Part shown: positions 32,452 through 34,289 of the stretch, one piece after another | How the letters are laid out: the number at the start of each line of letters is the position of its first letter | Numbering within the stretch: the first letter of the stretch is position 1 | From: Octopus bimaculoides | Taxonomy: Eukaryota | Direction of reading: 5' to 3' | Assembly (NCBI RefSeq): GCF_001194135.2 | Contig: NC_068994.1 | Coordinates: 56,322,887-56,357,175 of the forward strand | Length of the DNA stretch: 34,289 bases | Translations under genes and position numbers: made by a program | Notes under the pieces: generated by a model | Told to the model about the DNA's origin: nothing | The model's database searches: none | The model's input: the letters and a program-made list of their open reading frames with translations, nothing else

Positions 32452-32940
32452 TTGTAAGTGTGTCTGTGTGTGAGAAAGAGAGAGAGAGAGGGGGTAGAAT
32501 GAAAGAAAGAGCGCGTATGTGTGTGTGTGTGTGTGTGTGCGTGTTTTGGCGCTCTATACGTTTGTGTGTCTGTGTGTCTTTCTCTCTCCGGTTCGAATTC
32601 TGTGTCTGTGTGTTCGCTTAAGTTGTGTTTCTTTTTTAAAAATATATAAAAGTGCGTGTTTGAATAAAGAGTCTGTGTGTTTTAAATAGTGAAGCTGTTT
32701 AAATATCTAGCTGTCGTGTGTTTGTATAACCGTGTATATGTATGTGTGCGTACATGCGTGTGTATGTGTGTGTGTGTGTGTGTATATGTGTGTGTGTTTA
32801 TACGTCTGCACACATATATATATGTGTGTGTGTGTCTGCTTCGGTTACTATATCTGTACCCTCTAAATGCAATGTAACGGATATGAATGAAAACTGAATG
32901 AATTAGAGAGAGAGAGATAGAGTAAGAGATATAAGGAGAC

Positions 32941-32944
<4 letters not shown>

Positions 32945-33009
<65 letters not shown>

Positions 33010-33010
33010 G
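32945..33010. repeat. (GATA)n microsatellite
   Basis: Direct read. Confidence 0.98.
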
Positions 33011-33226
33011 ATAGAGAGAGAAAGAGAGAGAGAGAGTGTAACGTATAGAATGAGTGAGAGAAAGGTGGAGCGGAGAATGAAAAGTGAACGTGTGAAATCT
33101 AGGCTGGAATTAGAAGTTCCGATGAAATTTACGAAGTGTATGAACGGGAAATGGAGACACGAGACAGAATTCAGGAAGAGTAACAGACAGACAGACAGAG
33201 AAAAGGAAATACATACATATAATACA

Positions 33227-33281
<55 letters not shown>

Positions 33282-33291
33282 TCTTTTAGTC

Positions 33292-33682
33292 TTTTATTCT
33301 TTTATGGGTTCAGTCATTTAACTGCGGCCATGCTGCTGGAACACCGCCTTTTTAGTCGAACCAGTCGACCCCAGAACTTATTCTTTGTAAGCCTGGTACT
33401 TATTCTATCGCGCATCTTTTGCCGAACTGGTATGTTACGGGGACGTAAACACGCCGACATCGGTTGTCAAGCGATGTTGGTGGTGGTGGGGGGGGACAAA
33501 CACAGACGCACAAATATATATATATGCACGACAGGCTTCTTTCAGTTTCCGTCGACCAAATCCACTCACAAGGCTTTGGTCGGCCCGAGGCTAGAGTAAA
33601 TGACACCCAAAGTGCCATGCAGTAGGACTGAACCCGGAAGCATGTGGTCGGGAAGCAAGCTTCTTAGCACACAGCCACACCT
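33292..33682 (-). mobile_element. tRNA-derived SINE, family A, full length
   Basis: Minus-strand head aggtgTGGCTGTGTGCTaagaagcttgcttcccgaccacatgcttccGGGTTCAGTCCtactgc carries A- and B-box-like motifs. The body is collinear with the other family A copies. Confidence 0.93.
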
Positions 33683-34246
33683 AGGTTGTGTGTGTATGTG
33701 TGTGTGTGTGTGTAGGTGTGTGTGTGTGCGTGCGTTTAATATTCTATAGGAATATTGGAAGCTAAAGAAAATTCACAAATAATTGCTTCGAGTCTTATGT
33801 GCCCTGTTTTTTCGTCGAAACATTTCAATGTTTTGCCTTGAACTTTTGGGTACTCCGTACACTCGCACGTATTTGAAAGAATGTGTGTATGTGAGTGTGC
33901 GTGTATGTGAGTATGTGCGTGCGCGTACGTCTGTTACGTGGCGAAGTCTATCGCAATTTTTGCTGCGAGTATAATCAAGATTTAAAATGCAGCCACAATG
34001 AAAGACAAAACATTATTAGTGTTAATGGCAATTGTTTTCAAGGAGAAGAAGGGAGACAACTACAAATTCCAAACCAATGAAAAATGAGAGTGAATAACGC
34101 ATTGCAATGGCTTGTGTATCCAATCCATAGTAAATTTATCGGAGAGTAGAGTTGGGTGGAAACAAATACTCAATACGTGCATTAGAGAATAGAATCATAA
34201 ACTTGAAACCTGTTGATTCTCTCTGGTTGAGCAATCCTACCGTGAC

Positions 34247-34289
<43 letters not shown>

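Noticed and set aside
33998-34087. 29-aa ORF MKDKTLLVLMAIVFKEKKGDNYKFQTNEK with a short hydrophobic stretch
   Set aside because: Too short, the hydrophobic core is marginal for a signal peptide, and there is no supporting splice or homology evidence.

Overview
This is a 34.3-kb AT-rich, non-coding eukaryotic window. I found no credible protein-coding gene, RNA gene or CRISPR array. The repeat repertoire (several tRNA-derived SINE families, RTE-type LINE relics, very dense di/tri/tetranucleotide microsatellites) looks like an Octopus (coleoid cephalopod) short-read draft assembly. That taxonomic call comes from my recall of these repeat families, not from a database search. About 4.3 kb (10 runs) is N-gap. 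Nearly all ORFs in the supplied track are artefacts of microsatellites, gaps or dead LINEs. Supportable content: (1) a ~3.5-kb decayed RTE-clade LINE (~1290-4780) carrying three nested MITEs; (2) several DNA-transposon MITEs with readable TIRs and target-site duplications (hAT 8-bp, Tc1/pogo TA, TTAA-type); (3) roughly 25 SINE copies or fragments, including a same-orientation pile-up of ~10 copies at 27.0-29.1 kb; (4) 3' ends of two further LINE clades; (5) a retrotransposon-free, CpG-rich, promoter/leader-like stretch at ~29.4-33.3 kb. The most notable sequence-level signals are two minimal type-I hammerhead ribozyme folds on the minus strand, of the kind carried by Penelope-like elements and retrozymes. 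The one at 6920-6980 has an intact CUGAUGA/GAAA core. The one at 18158-18194 has a non-canonical CUGUUGA core and the palindromic ACGU helix III associated with dimeric cleavage.
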